Shown here: positions 1-8,851 of the stretch, piece after piece
Layout: every line of letters begins with the position of its first letter
Numbering within the stretch: the stretch's first letter is position 1
Assembly: GCA_048938295.1 (NCBI GenBank)
Contig: JBHLMI010000015.1
Location: 27,025-59,024 of the forward strand
From: Promethearchaeota archaeon
GTDB lineage: Archaea > Asgardarchaeota > Hermodarchaeia > Hermodarchaeales > Hermodarchaeaceae
DNA: 32,000 nucleotides
Direction of reading: 5' to 3'
Made by a program: the position numbers and the translations under genes
The notes under the pieces: model-generated
What the model saw: the letters and a program-made list of their open reading frames with translations, nothing else
Database searches by the model: none
Told to the model about the DNA's origin: nothing

Positions 1-1312
1 GTATAGTTATATTCGGTGTTAGAATCGCGCTACCATCTAAGGGAAAAAGAAATTCCATGAAGGCTCGAATAATAGAAACATTGTACGAAGCTCCAACGGC
101 ATTTTCTATAACCATTGTAAACTGACCGCTGGATGAAACATAAGAATCAACATCTCCCAATCCGATATCAAACGCCCCATCATCTACCCCCGCGACCGTT
201 CCAGGATGTGCATCGATTACCTTTACGATTCCTTGACCTGAGGAAAGCGTTTCATCAATCTCAGTAATCAGAACTCCTTCACCCCCGGGGCCTATAATGG
301 GAAGCGAAGTGTCATAACCAATCTTTTTCCGAACTTCGATTAGGAAATAATGTGTTGAAGTTACATTGATTCGAATCAGATGTATGCCCGTTGGAGGGAG
401 TTCAAGAGGATCAATCACTGCAGTGAGATCGGAGCTTACCTCAACTGTGTTGCTGGCATTAACCCAACCCAATTGCGATTTACTCCACCCCATCATATGT
501 GAGGGTTGATCGCCTAGACCCATGGGGCCATTCCAAGATCCTGCCCCCATCAATCCCCAATGGCCGACAAACTGTTCTCCTTGGTAATCGACATCATATA
601 AGTCAGGTAATCCTAAGTCGTGTCCAAACTCATGGGCTAGAACACCTACGAATGACGGTTCACCAGGAAGGCTTTCCTCAGGGCTTACCGATGCACGTTG
701 GATTGAAATCCCATCAGCCCAAATGGTAAAACCCCACCATTCACTGGACCAATAATCCTGCCAATCATGGCTTAGTTCTTGGCCTTGACCTGCATGAATA
801 ATGGTCACGCCATCGTAATTTGAAAAATCAACATCCGGATCTGCGAGAGCAATCGCTTCAGAAACTATATCAAACTTGGGATCGCTTGGAAACGATGTAC
901 CATCTACATAGTAGGCTCGATTATGTGAAAGTGTGTACCATTGGGTCGCATCACCCCCAACTGAAACTAGCCCATATGAAACCTCATCGATATAATCATT
1001 GAGTTCGGCTAAAGCATTTGTCTCCACTTCAGCTGAAGTAAACGTATTGCCTTTATCGGGAAATTCAACCAAGATGGCAACCAAGTTCTTAGTACCCGTA
1101 ACCTGGCGAGAGGAACGGTAGACTTCCAGTGGAGGAGGTCCATCAAGACCAATGCGTGAAGACATCGGCATCGAGGTAGCCGAGGAAGCTTGGGTTGTCA
1201 AAGGAGCAGAAAATATACTCATTGCAAGTGGTGCAATCAGAGAAAAGAGGAGAATTGTCATTAGAGTAACTGCGGGAATAATGGCCAGCTTGCGACTTAC
1301 ATGATAACTCAT
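1..1312 (-). CDS. Secreted M6-family (immune inhibitor A-like) zinc metalloprotease, 3'-partial (runs off window start)
   Basis: Hand-translated, stop-free frame from ATG at 1312 (GAGGT RBS upstream) to position 1; absent from ORF track. Hydrophobic N-terminal signal (LAIIPAVTLMTILLFSLIAPLA), LVAILVEFPD, IIHAGQGQE, zinc motif HEFGHDLGLPDLYD, Met-turn WGLMGAGSWNG, YFLIEVR, GVLITEIDE. Confidence 0.9.
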   Translation of the reverse strand, partial: MSYHVSRKLAIIPAVTLMTILLFSLIAPLAMSIFSAPLTTQASSATSMPMSSRIGLDGPPPLEVYRSSRQVTGTKNLVAILVEFPDKGNTFTSAEVETNALAELNDYIDEVSYGLVSVGGDATQWYTLSHNRAYYVDGTSFPSDPKFDIVSEAIALADPDVDFSNYDGVTIIHAGQGQELSHDWQDYWSSEWWGFTIWADGISIQRASVSPEESLPGEPSFVGVLAHEFGHDLGLPDLYDVDYQGEQFVGHWGLMGAGSWNGPMGLGDQPSHMMGWSKSQLGWVNASNTVEVSSDLTAVIDPLELPPTGIHLIRINVTSTHYFLIEVRKKIGYDTSLPIIGPGGEGVLITEIDETLSSGQGIVKVIDAHPGTVAGVDDGAFDIGLGDVDSYVSSSGQFTMVIENAVGASYNVSIIRAFMEFLFPLDGSAILTPNITI

Positions 1313-1531
1313 CTGGTATACCTCAATAGTCCGTCTGCTCCACGTTCTGTGAACTTCCTTGGTCTTACGCCCAATGTCGTTCACGCTGGTCTATGAAATC
1401 TGTTGAAAGCCCAGAGATAAACTTTCGGTTCTGTCTACTCATAAGATAGTGAAGTTGGTCTCATCGCAATCTCGGAGTTGTCTCTGCTAGTGGTAAGGCA
1501 GGTTGGTCTCGTCTTCCCATCGCTAGCATCC

Positions 1532-2095
1532 TTATGGAGGACCGCTTCGACTTTCATGTGATGCTTTGATCTTTATGGCTAAGGTGGAAAATGCTTCTTT
1601 AACCTCTTGTCCTGTCTTTGCTGACGTTTCCTTGTATTGAAACAGACCAAGATCCCTCGCGATTTTCTCCCCTTGTTCCGGAGTAATTTTGCGGTTCTTA
1701 TCGAGGTCAGCTTTGTTTCCCAGGAGAATCAACAGGGGTTCAGGGCCCACAGCATCACGAAATGCCTGAACCCATCGTGGAATTGTTTCCAAGGTTTGGG
1801 GGCGAGTTAAATCAAAAACCACAATCCCTCCAGAAGCACCTTGGCAATATCGGGTGCGAAGATCTCGAAATATGTCCTGTCCCGCTAGATCCCAGATAAG
1901 GAGCTTAAACAGATACTTGTCGATCTTAGCATCATAGGTGCTGATATCAATCCCAAGAGTTCGGTGATAATCACGTTGAAACTTGCCTGTCACATACTTA
2001 TTGACAAGGCTAGTCTTCCCAACAGCTGCTTCACCGAGGGTTACTAGCTTGTAGACAGAATCAAACCGTTTTTCTTCATCATAAGTTCTGCTCAC
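1532..2095 (-). CDS. Rab-like small GTPase (Ras superfamily)
   Basis: G1 GEAAVGKTS, G2 Thr in HRTLGID, G3 WDLAGQ, G4 NKAD, G5 ETSAK. GTG start with GGAGG RBS. No C-terminal Cys. Confidence 0.95.
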   Translation of the reverse strand: MSRTYDEEKRFDSVYKLVTLGEAAVGKTSLVNKYVTGKFQRDYHRTLGIDISTYDAKIDKYLFKLLIWDLAGQDIFRDLRTRYCQGASGGIVVFDLTRPQTLETIPRWVQAFRDAVGPEPLLILLGNKADLDKNRKITPEQGEKIARDLGLFQYKETSAKTGQEVKEAFSTLAIKIKASHESRSGPP

Positions 2096-2175
2096 TTCTC
2101 AACCTCCATATCGATGACCGGAAATCCAGCCTAATAATGGACAAGTTCCTCTTTAACTGTTGTCGAATCCCTCTC

Positions 2176-2183
2176 TTATATAA
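2176..2183 (-). promoter_or_regulatory. Putative TATA box for the Rab-like gene
   Basis: TTTATATA-like element on the minus strand about 80 nt upstream of the GTG start; by eye only. Confidence 0.35.
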
Positions 2184-2196
2184 ATTCTGACATAAT

Positions 2197-2580
2197 CTAC
2201 AATTCCAGAATTTGCTTCAGCTTTTGTTCATAGGTCTCGAACAAGTCTAATAGCTGAATGCCTAGCTCAGTTAGGGCAGTGCCACCTTTTCCATCGCTGT
2301 GTCCACGCTGTTTTTTCACAATCGGTGCACCAATCCGTTCTTCCACTTTTTGAAGGTACCCCCACGCAAACCGATAGGAAGGTGATTCCATCTCTCCCAA
2401 GGCATCCTTGGGCAGTTTCTTCAAGGCTTGACTGATGGAACCTTTCTCAGCAATCCCTCTCAACAGCAAAGCCCCACCTCTGCCAAGAATCAGCTCTCCA
2501 TTCAGTTCAAACCACAGTTTCACCTTCACCTCTAATGAATCAAGGATTGGATCTTTTTCACTCGACATTACAGCCACCAT
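2197..2580 (-). CDS. Stand-alone ModE-type winged-helix transcriptional regulator
   Basis: LGRGGALLLRGIAEKGSISQA...SYRFAWGYLQKVEERIGAPIV...GG..GGTALTELG matches the ModE N-terminal wHTH pattern; no molybdate-binding domains. Confidence 0.8.
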   Translation of the reverse strand: MVAVMSSEKDPILDSLEVKVKLWFELNGELILGRGGALLLRGIAEKGSISQALKKLPKDALGEMESPSYRFAWGYLQKVEERIGAPIVKKQRGHSDGKGGTALTELGIQLLDLFETYEQKLKQILEL

Positions 2581-2734
2581 CTAGTATGTAAGGAATGCAG
2601 TTAGTTACCTCTTGTGTTTTAGTACTACCAGGTGTTTGATGCAATACTTCAAATACCCACTGGCTTGTAATATGCTCTTGCCCAGAACCTATTCTAAGTG
2701 ACTTTAAACAAAGGCAGTAATTCATAGGGTTATC

Positions 2735-3490
2735 ATGGTGTCGTCACCGCAGCTTGCTCGAATAGTCGTCAATTCCCTTAAAGCCATTCTCGGCGAAGAG
2801 TACACCATCCAGCATTTCGAACGACTTCCCAGTCGCCGTAATGAAGTCTATAAAATCCTTGGTTCCCTCCCTTCTCAACTCACACCAATACCCCTAATTG
2901 CGAAATACTATAAACAGACTGGCATCGCACATGAAGCCTCCATACTCCAAGAAGCCCATCAAAATAATCTCCACGTTCCTACTGTCATTGGCACAACTGC
3001 CAATGTCCTTGTCCTTGAATATATCAATGCTCCCAACCTTTGCGACCTCATCACAATCAACCCAGACAGGCTTCTGGGTCAGCTGCTCGCTAAATGGCTT
3101 GCAAGTTTCCACACCGTTTTTAGTCGCGGTGCTGGCCAGGTTCTTGCCAAAGGTGACACACGAATACGCAACTTCCTTGTTTTCTACGACCATCTTGTGG
3201 GCGTTGACTTTGAAGAAAGCCATATTGGATCCTACTACGAAGATCTAGCTATCGCCTGCGCGTCAATCCTTGACACTGCTCCCCTTTTCACTGAACCCAA
3301 ATTTCAGTTGTGTACAGTGTTGCTAGATGATTACTCTGCAATCCGCCAAATCACTAATCCGGAGGAATTCAAGGCAACAATACGTGTCCAGATGATTCAG
3401 GTTCTCAAAGAGACCGCCCTTCGTCGGGGAAATCCTCCTGAGTTACTTTACCATATCTCGCGATTTGAAAGAGGTGCCATTTTATTTTAG
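2735..3490 (+). CDS. Protein-kinase-like phosphotransferase (APH/choline kinase/RIO-like fold)
   Basis: beta3 Lys (LIAKYY), alphaC Glu (HEASIL), VLVLEYI, catalytic loop KGDTRIRN, Mg-binding VDFE. Confidence 0.75.
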   Translation: MVSSPQLARIVVNSLKAILGEEYTIQHFERLPSRRNEVYKILGSLPSQLTPIPLIAKYYKQTGIAHEASILQEAHQNNLHVPTVIGTTANVLVLEYINAPNLCDLITINPDRLLGQLLAKWLASFHTVFSRGAGQVLAKGDTRIRNFLVFYDHLVGVDFEESHIGSYYEDLAIACASILDTAPLFTEPKFQLCTVLLDDYSAIRQITNPEEFKATIRVQMIQVLKETALRRGNPPELLYHISRFERGAILF

Positions 3491-3677
3491 CTTTTTACCT
3501 AGATTGAAGTGTGGTTTACTCGTTTTTTAGACAATTTCCGAGTATTATAAAAAAATGTGGAAGCTGTCGATTATTTATTTCCTAAGAAGCCAAAAGCCTT
3601 TAAGTCGGCTTCAAGATGACGGAGACAACTCCACATTGGAGTTGTAACAATAAAAACTTTAGGAGGCATTGTGAGTT

Positions 3678-4025
3678 ATGGCAGATGAAGGAACAGCTCG
3701 GACTCTTGTCACGATTGGCGCCTGGCTACAGCTTATCTTCTGGTTTATCGGTATCGGTGGAATTGCCTTTACGGCATTTCTATTCTTACCCGTCTTAATG
3801 GACCCGTTGTTCTTGATGGTTTTCCTACTGGCTGCAGCGTTTTACATTTTGATAACGATCTTCGCGATCATCTTCTTCATATTATGGTTCCGTTGGCGTC
3901 ATGACCCTGGTGCACACAAGACTGGTCTCATCGTCACCGGTGTCCTTGGGCTCTTTTTGGCTGGATTCCTCCCAGCTCTTCTCGTCCTCATTGGTGGCAT
4001 AATCGCCCCCTCTGAGTCCGCCTAA
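3678..4025 (+). CDS. Small multi-pass membrane protein, unknown function
   Basis: 115 aa with about 3-4 hydrophobic segments; GGAGG upstream; followed by a terminator-like hairpin. Confidence 0.75.
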   Translation: MADEGTARTLVTIGAWLQLIFWFIGIGGIAFTAFLFLPVLMDPLFLMVFLLAAAFYILITIFAIIFFILWFRWRHDPGAHKTGLIVTGVLGLFLAGFLPALLVLIGGIIAPSESA

Positions 4026-4074
4026 AACGACCGAGCCTCTTGGCTTGTAGGTCGTTCCTCTTTTTCTTTTTTTT
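4026..4074 (+). terminator. Hairpin plus oligo(T) terminator
   Basis: AACGACC (4026-4032) pairs with GGTCGTT (4050-4056), with an inner GAGCC/GGCTT stem, followed by a T-rich tract directly after the stop codon. Confidence 0.6.
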
Positions 4075-4220
4075 ACCTCCGTGAGCGGAGCTAAGAAAAG
4101 GGCTCAATCAACTTTACACACTATAGCGAATCGGATTCAGTAGTATGCCACAACCTTTATGGTCTATGAGTCGTGGAGTGATGGCAGACAACGATACCTC
4201 AGCCAAGTAGGAGGCCCTTT

Positions 4221-5255
4221 TTGTTGGGAGTTAAATTAGCGCCGCTCATCATCCCAGAGGTTTTAGCATTAGAAGATTTACGTGGTCGATCATTTGCGGT
4301 AGATGCTGCTAATCAATTGCATCAGTTCCTTGCCCTCATTCGTACTCCTGACGGGGTTCCACTAAAGGATCGTAAAGGGCGAGTCACCTCCCATCTGGTG
4401 GGGCTCCTTTATCGCACAACGCGACTGATTACTGAATATAACCTGAAACTCATATTTGTCTTCGATGGAAAACCCCCTGATCTCAAATCTAATGAAATTA
4501 CAAAACGGCGTCAACAACGCAAACGAGCTGAACAGGAATACAAGGAAGCGGTTGCAAAAGGTGATATGAAAACAGCTTGGTCAAAGGCTGTAGGAACAGG
4601 TCGCCTTACGCAGGAGATGGCTCAAGAGGCGCAGCAAGTATTGACTTACCTTGGAATCCCCTTTGTACAAGCTCCCGGCGAAGGTGAAGCGCAAGCCGCT
4701 TATATGGTTCAACGTGGTGAAGTGTGGGCTACAGCCAGCCGGGATTTCGATACCCTACTTTTTGGGTCGCCACGATTACTCCGCTACTTAACACTCACAG
4801 GTCGGAAACGCCTACCCAGTAAAGGTACAAGCGTTCCGCTCCAACCCGAGCTCATTGACCTCCACAAGGTACTTGCTGAAAATGGCATCAACCGTGAGCA
4901 GCTCGTTGATATCGCGCTACTCATTGGTACCGATTTCAACAAAGGTGTTCCTCAGGTTGGTCCGAAAACAGCATTAAAACTAATCAAGGAAAACAAAAGT
5001 CTTGAAAACCTGCCTAGTATGATCCTTGAACAACTCCCCCCCAATTATCATAAAATCCGTCGCCTCTTTTTAGACCACCCAATTACGGATGAATATGATA
5101 TAACTCCCAAACCTGTTAATCGCGAAGGTCTCATTGCCTATCTCTCCAATGAACGGGGGTTCTCTGAAACAAGACTGAATAATGTGATAGATCGGCTCCT
5201 AAAAGCCAAGGACGGGCAACGACAACAGAGCCTGAATAGCTGGTCTAAAAGATAG
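4221..5255 (+). CDS. fen: Flap endonuclease 1 (FEN-1)
   Basis: MGV-type N-terminus (start may be TTG at 4224), AVDA..LHQFL, VFDGKPP, APGEGEAQAA, SRDFDTLLFG, GTDFN and C-terminal PCNA-interacting PIP box QQSLNSW. Confidence 0.97.
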   Translation: MLGVKLAPLIIPEVLALEDLRGRSFAVDAANQLHQFLALIRTPDGVPLKDRKGRVTSHLVGLLYRTTRLITEYNLKLIFVFDGKPPDLKSNEITKRRQQRKRAEQEYKEAVAKGDMKTAWSKAVGTGRLTQEMAQEAQQVLTYLGIPFVQAPGEGEAQAAYMVQRGEVWATASRDFDTLLFGSPRLLRYLTLTGRKRLPSKGTSVPLQPELIDLHKVLAENGINREQLVDIALLIGTDFNKGVPQVGPKTALKLIKENKSLENLPSMILEQLPPNYHKIRRLFLDHPITDEYDITPKPVNREGLIAYLSNERGFSETRLNNVIDRLLKAKDGQRQQSLNSWSKR

Positions 5256-5261
5256 CAATTC

Positions 5262-6962
5262 TTACGTAAGCAGAATGCTGGACCAAAATGAGGCAACATC
5301 TGCGCGAGTTTCATAATTCATAAGGCCATAATTTGCTAGCTGTCGTGTTCCTCGTTGCACATTCTCCGCACTGAAAGGGCGCCGAATCCAATTAACTCGT
5401 TCAGCAGTCTCATCCAGTTGTTGCCGAAAATGAGGATTCGATCGAATTTCGGTTCGCATAAGTTGAATCAATTGCTCGCCAAAGACCTCATCAGAATAAC
5501 TCAATTGTAGATGAGCACCTATTTCCTTTCGGAGCGATAAGGGAGGAATTACCCCATACTGTCCTTCGCCTTGCCCAATCTTCACTGTGAAAACAGGAAC
5601 AACAATTTGCATTAAGGGAAGATATCCTTGGAGCTTGTCAGCTGGTGCACTAATCGCTTCGAATCGCCGGTGCTCTTGTTCCACTTTATTTTTCAATTGT
5701 TTAATCGTTTCTTTTAATTCCGCGTGGAGCTTTATAATCGCTTCACGAATCATATCGAGCTCTGAGAGCTTGGGTCCCTTATTTGGCTCCGCTGGTGGTG
5801 GTTGGGAATATACAAGAGAACCAGTGGGAAAAGGCGGGGGGACCTGATCAGATGAATCGCCGTTCCTGACTTGGTCACGGCTCCATGTAAAACGAGTACG
5901 GGCATCACGCAGCTCTTCTGTTTTTTCATCCAGGTCTGTTAGTGCCTGCTGAATCGATATCTGGAAGACATTTGCGGTGTTCTCTAATTCTAATAACCGC
6001 GTCTTCACATTGGCAATATGCCATTCCACTTCTGTTGGTTTTGCCTTGATGGAACTCACAAGGCGACGGCACTGTTCCGTGGATAACCCAAGGGTGTTGG
6101 CTAGACGGCTAACAATTTGTGCTAATTCAGTTGAGATGCGCTGTTTTTCTTTTTCCAGTTCTGCTATAGGTTCATCAGCAAAAAAGGAGGTCTGAGGTTC
6201 ACTTTCAATCGGAGTAGCCTCCCAGCGTAAGGAAGCCCCACGGGATAGTCGATCACGCCGGGCATCTAACAAACGGATATTCTCTTCCACAAATTCATCA
6301 ACCAAACTCTCAGCCTGGCTTAACTGAGCAAGATTCGCGTCGAGTTGGGCTCGTTCATTCCTAAACAGAATCCCAACATCATGAATTTCTTTTGTAGATA
6401 ATCGAGATGGTAAAACCTCTTCTTCACCCGGTGGAGGAATAGCGGAATCAACCAGTACACGGAGAGTATCTACCATCGTTGGTAACATAGCATTCCGAAT
6501 GACAACCAGTTCCGACGGTGGCTTTTCGAAACCTTCAATGAATTCACCCAATAATTTGGGAACTAGCTCGATTTTCTCAATATTACGTAGTTCGGCACGC
6601 ATTTGAACCAGCGAAGGAATCGAGGAATGACGCACCGAAATTGTTGGTTCGCCAACACCGCTGATAATCAGACTCCGACCCGGTAAAGCATGAACAAGAT
6701 AGAAGGGCAAATAGACTTTCGAAAAATAGGAGAACGACACGGGTTCACGGATCTGTTTTTGCAAAAACAAAAGAGCCGTGGCTAGGTCAGCCTCAGGGGT
6801 TGATGAAAAACCGTCTTTCATAGAGTCAGGAGGACCTTGGATGAATGCTGCCACCTTTGTTATTGCCACGTAACCACCTAACCCGCGAAAATGATGTTCA
6901 CGCCGCTCACTTGAACCAATGAAGGGGCAAAGTATAATCTTTTTGGCTAAGGTCTTCCCCAT
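5262..6962 (-). CDS. Uncharacterised coiled-coil protein with globular N- and C-terminal regions
   Basis: 566-aa ORF with long heptad-rich middle and a Pro-rich linker. Start uncertain (6962 or ATG at 6821). No catalytic motif recognised. Confidence 0.7.
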   Translation of the reverse strand: MGKTLAKKIILCPFIGSSERREHHFRGLGGYVAITKVAAFIQGPPDSMKDGFSSTPEADLATALLFLQKQIREPVSFSYFSKVYLPFYLVHALPGRSLIISGVGEPTISVRHSSIPSLVQMRAELRNIEKIELVPKLLGEFIEGFEKPPSELVVIRNAMLPTMVDTLRVLVDSAIPPPGEEEVLPSRLSTKEIHDVGILFRNERAQLDANLAQLSQAESLVDEFVEENIRLLDARRDRLSRGASLRWEATPIESEPQTSFFADEPIAELEKEKQRISTELAQIVSRLANTLGLSTEQCRRLVSSIKAKPTEVEWHIANVKTRLLELENTANVFQISIQQALTDLDEKTEELRDARTRFTWSRDQVRNGDSSDQVPPPFPTGSLVYSQPPPAEPNKGPKLSELDMIREAIIKLHAELKETIKQLKNKVEQEHRRFEAISAPADKLQGYLPLMQIVVPVFTVKIGQGEGQYGVIPPLSLRKEIGAHLQLSYSDEVFGEQLIQLMRTEIRSNPHFRQQLDETAERVNWIRRPFSAENVQRGTRQLANYGLMNYETRADVASFWSSILLT

Positions 6963-6997
6963 GGGTAGATTAACAAGTCTTTCGGAAATGAACCTCC

Positions 6998-8377
6998 ATG
7001 ACCCAACACATCATCGTAATCGGATGTGGCACCGCAGGTGCCGCTGCAACCCTCCAAGCCCGCAAAACCAGTCGCGATGCCACCATCACCATCATACAGG
7101 ATGAATCTCTTCCTGAATACAGTCGCTGTGGACTACCCTATACAGTCAATCGTGTAATCCCTCAAATCGAGGATATTATCATTCATCCTGAATCTTTCTA
7201 TACAGGTAATTTGGTACAGGCTGACTTGCGGCTAAACACCGAGGTCTTAGCAGTTAACCCAAAGAAGAAAACTGTGACTATCAAAACTTCTGAAGGGGAT
7301 ACCGACTCGCTTTCATATGATTCCTTAATCCTTGCAACAGGTGCACGACCCAGCACACCCCCTGTTGATGGTTTGGATGCATCACACGTTTACCGTCTTC
7401 ACACCTTCGAGGATGCAAAGCGACTCCAATCTGCGACTAAGAAAGGGAAAACAGCAGCGATCATCGGTGCAGGGCTCGTGGGGCTCGAAACAGCAGAAGC
7501 CCTTGACACCCTAGGCCTTAAGATCACAGTAATCGAATTCTTACCCCAAGTACTACCCGCCATGATTGATGACGACATGGGGGTCCTCATCCAACAACAA
7601 ATGGAAGCCAAAGGACTCACGGTCAAAATAAGCACTGCAGCAAAACAAGTCACTAAAACCCATGTAGTTGTGGCTGATCGTGAAACGAGCACTGAAGAAA
7701 AAATCCCTGCAGATATTGTTGTGGTAGCCACAGGCGTGCGTGCAAACACAGACTTAGTGAAAGATGCAGGGATTACACTTGGTGAACGGGGAGGGATTCG
7801 CATTGATAAACGGATGGCAACCAATTACCCGGATATCTATGCAGCTGGGGATTGCGCAGAACATGACGATTTGGTGACTGGCCAGAGTATTGTCTCAGGA
7901 CTTGGAAGCATTGCCCTGCGACAAGGCGAAGTTGCTGGTATCAACGCGGCAGGGGGATCTGCAGAATTACCAGGAGTAGTATTAGCTCGAACGACACACC
8001 TTTTTGGCCTCGAAATCGCAGGAGTAGGACCTACGCGTGTCGCAGCAGAAAAAGCCAATCTTCCAGTTCTTGCCGGGAAATTTAAGGGAAGTCGCACAGC
8101 CGAATATTATCCCAGCAAAGGGGATGTTACAGTAAAGCTGCTGGCAAATAAGGACACAGGAGTCTTACTTGGCGGACAAGTCATTGGTCCGTGTGCCCAC
8201 CAACGAGTAAATGTGCTAAGTGCTGCTATATCAGCAAAAATGACAGTCCGTGAGGTGGCTGACCTGGAAACCTGTTATGCTCCTCCCGTAGCCCCAATCC
8301 GTGAACCATTTACCCTAGCAGCTCAAATCCTCGCGTTGCGCTATGAACGCATGAAACAAAAGGAGCGAAAAGGTTAG
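6998..8377 (+). CDS. FAD-dependent pyridine nucleotide-disulfide oxidoreductase (CoA-disulfide reductase / NADH oxidase family)
   Basis: GCGTAG FAD loop, single redox Cys in YSRCGLPY, LILATGA, NAD-binding GAGLVGLE, IYAAGDC, C-terminal dimerisation domain with CYAPP. Confidence 0.9.
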   Translation: MTQHIIVIGCGTAGAAATLQARKTSRDATITIIQDESLPEYSRCGLPYTVNRVIPQIEDIIIHPESFYTGNLVQADLRLNTEVLAVNPKKKTVTIKTSEGDTDSLSYDSLILATGARPSTPPVDGLDASHVYRLHTFEDAKRLQSATKKGKTAAIIGAGLVGLETAEALDTLGLKITVIEFLPQVLPAMIDDDMGVLIQQQMEAKGLTVKISTAAKQVTKTHVVVADRETSTEEKIPADIVVVATGVRANTDLVKDAGITLGERGGIRIDKRMATNYPDIYAAGDCAEHDDLVTGQSIVSGLGSIALRQGEVAGINAAGGSAELPGVVLARTTHLFGLEIAGVGPTRVAAEKANLPVLAGKFKGSRTAEYYPSKGDVTVKLLANKDTGVLLGGQVIGPCAHQRVNVLSAAISAKMTVREVADLETCYAPPVAPIREPFTLAAQILALRYERMKQKERKG

Positions 8378-8389
8378 CAGGACCTTTGC

Positions 8390-8839
8390 CTAGTCGGCCT
8401 GTTTGAGCTTCTCAATAGCCAAGGCTACTCCTTGGATGATGGCCTCCGGTTTTGGCGGACAGCCTGGAACATACACATCAACTGGAATCGCAGTATCAAC
8501 CCCACCAATGATCGTATGGGTTGCTTTAATCTCTGCTCCTTTCCCGTCAACATAGATGCCACCAGTACAGGCACAAGTCCCCAATGCCACAACGGTCTTT
8601 GGAGCGAGCATTTGGTCGTATATCCTTTTGATAAATACCTTCGAATGTTTTGACACACAGCCATTCGTGATGAGAATATCTGCATGGCGAGGATTCTGCT
8701 TCCACAGGACCCCTAATCGTTCCACGTCGAATCGAGGTGTCAGCACATCCAACACCTCAATATCACAATTGTTACACCCACCAGCATGGAGTACTGCAAT
8801 CCAAGGGGATTTCCCACGAGCCCAACGCATCACACCCAC
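8390..8839 (-). CDS. Group 4 [NiFe]-hydrogenase small subunit (NuoB/HycG/MbhJ/EchC-like)
   Basis: SPW...GGCNNCDIE, TPRFDVER, PRHADIL, ALGTCACTGG, VDVYVPGCPPKPEAI. Confidence 0.93.
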   Translation of the reverse strand: MGVMRWARGKSPWIAVLHAGGCNNCDIEVLDVLTPRFDVERLGVLWKQNPRHADILITNGCVSKHSKVFIKRIYDQMLAPKTVVALGTCACTGGIYVDGKGAEIKATHTIIGGVDTAIPVDVYVPGCPPKPEAIIQGVALAIEKLKQAD

Positions 8840-8851
8840 TTCTATCCCACC

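Noticed and set aside
499-1002. Short plus-strand ORFs 499-729 and 820-1002
   Set aside because: Antisense shadows of the M6 protease; no motifs.
5262-6962. SMC/Rad50 assignment
   Set aside because: No Walker A/B or signature motif, no zinc hook, and too short.
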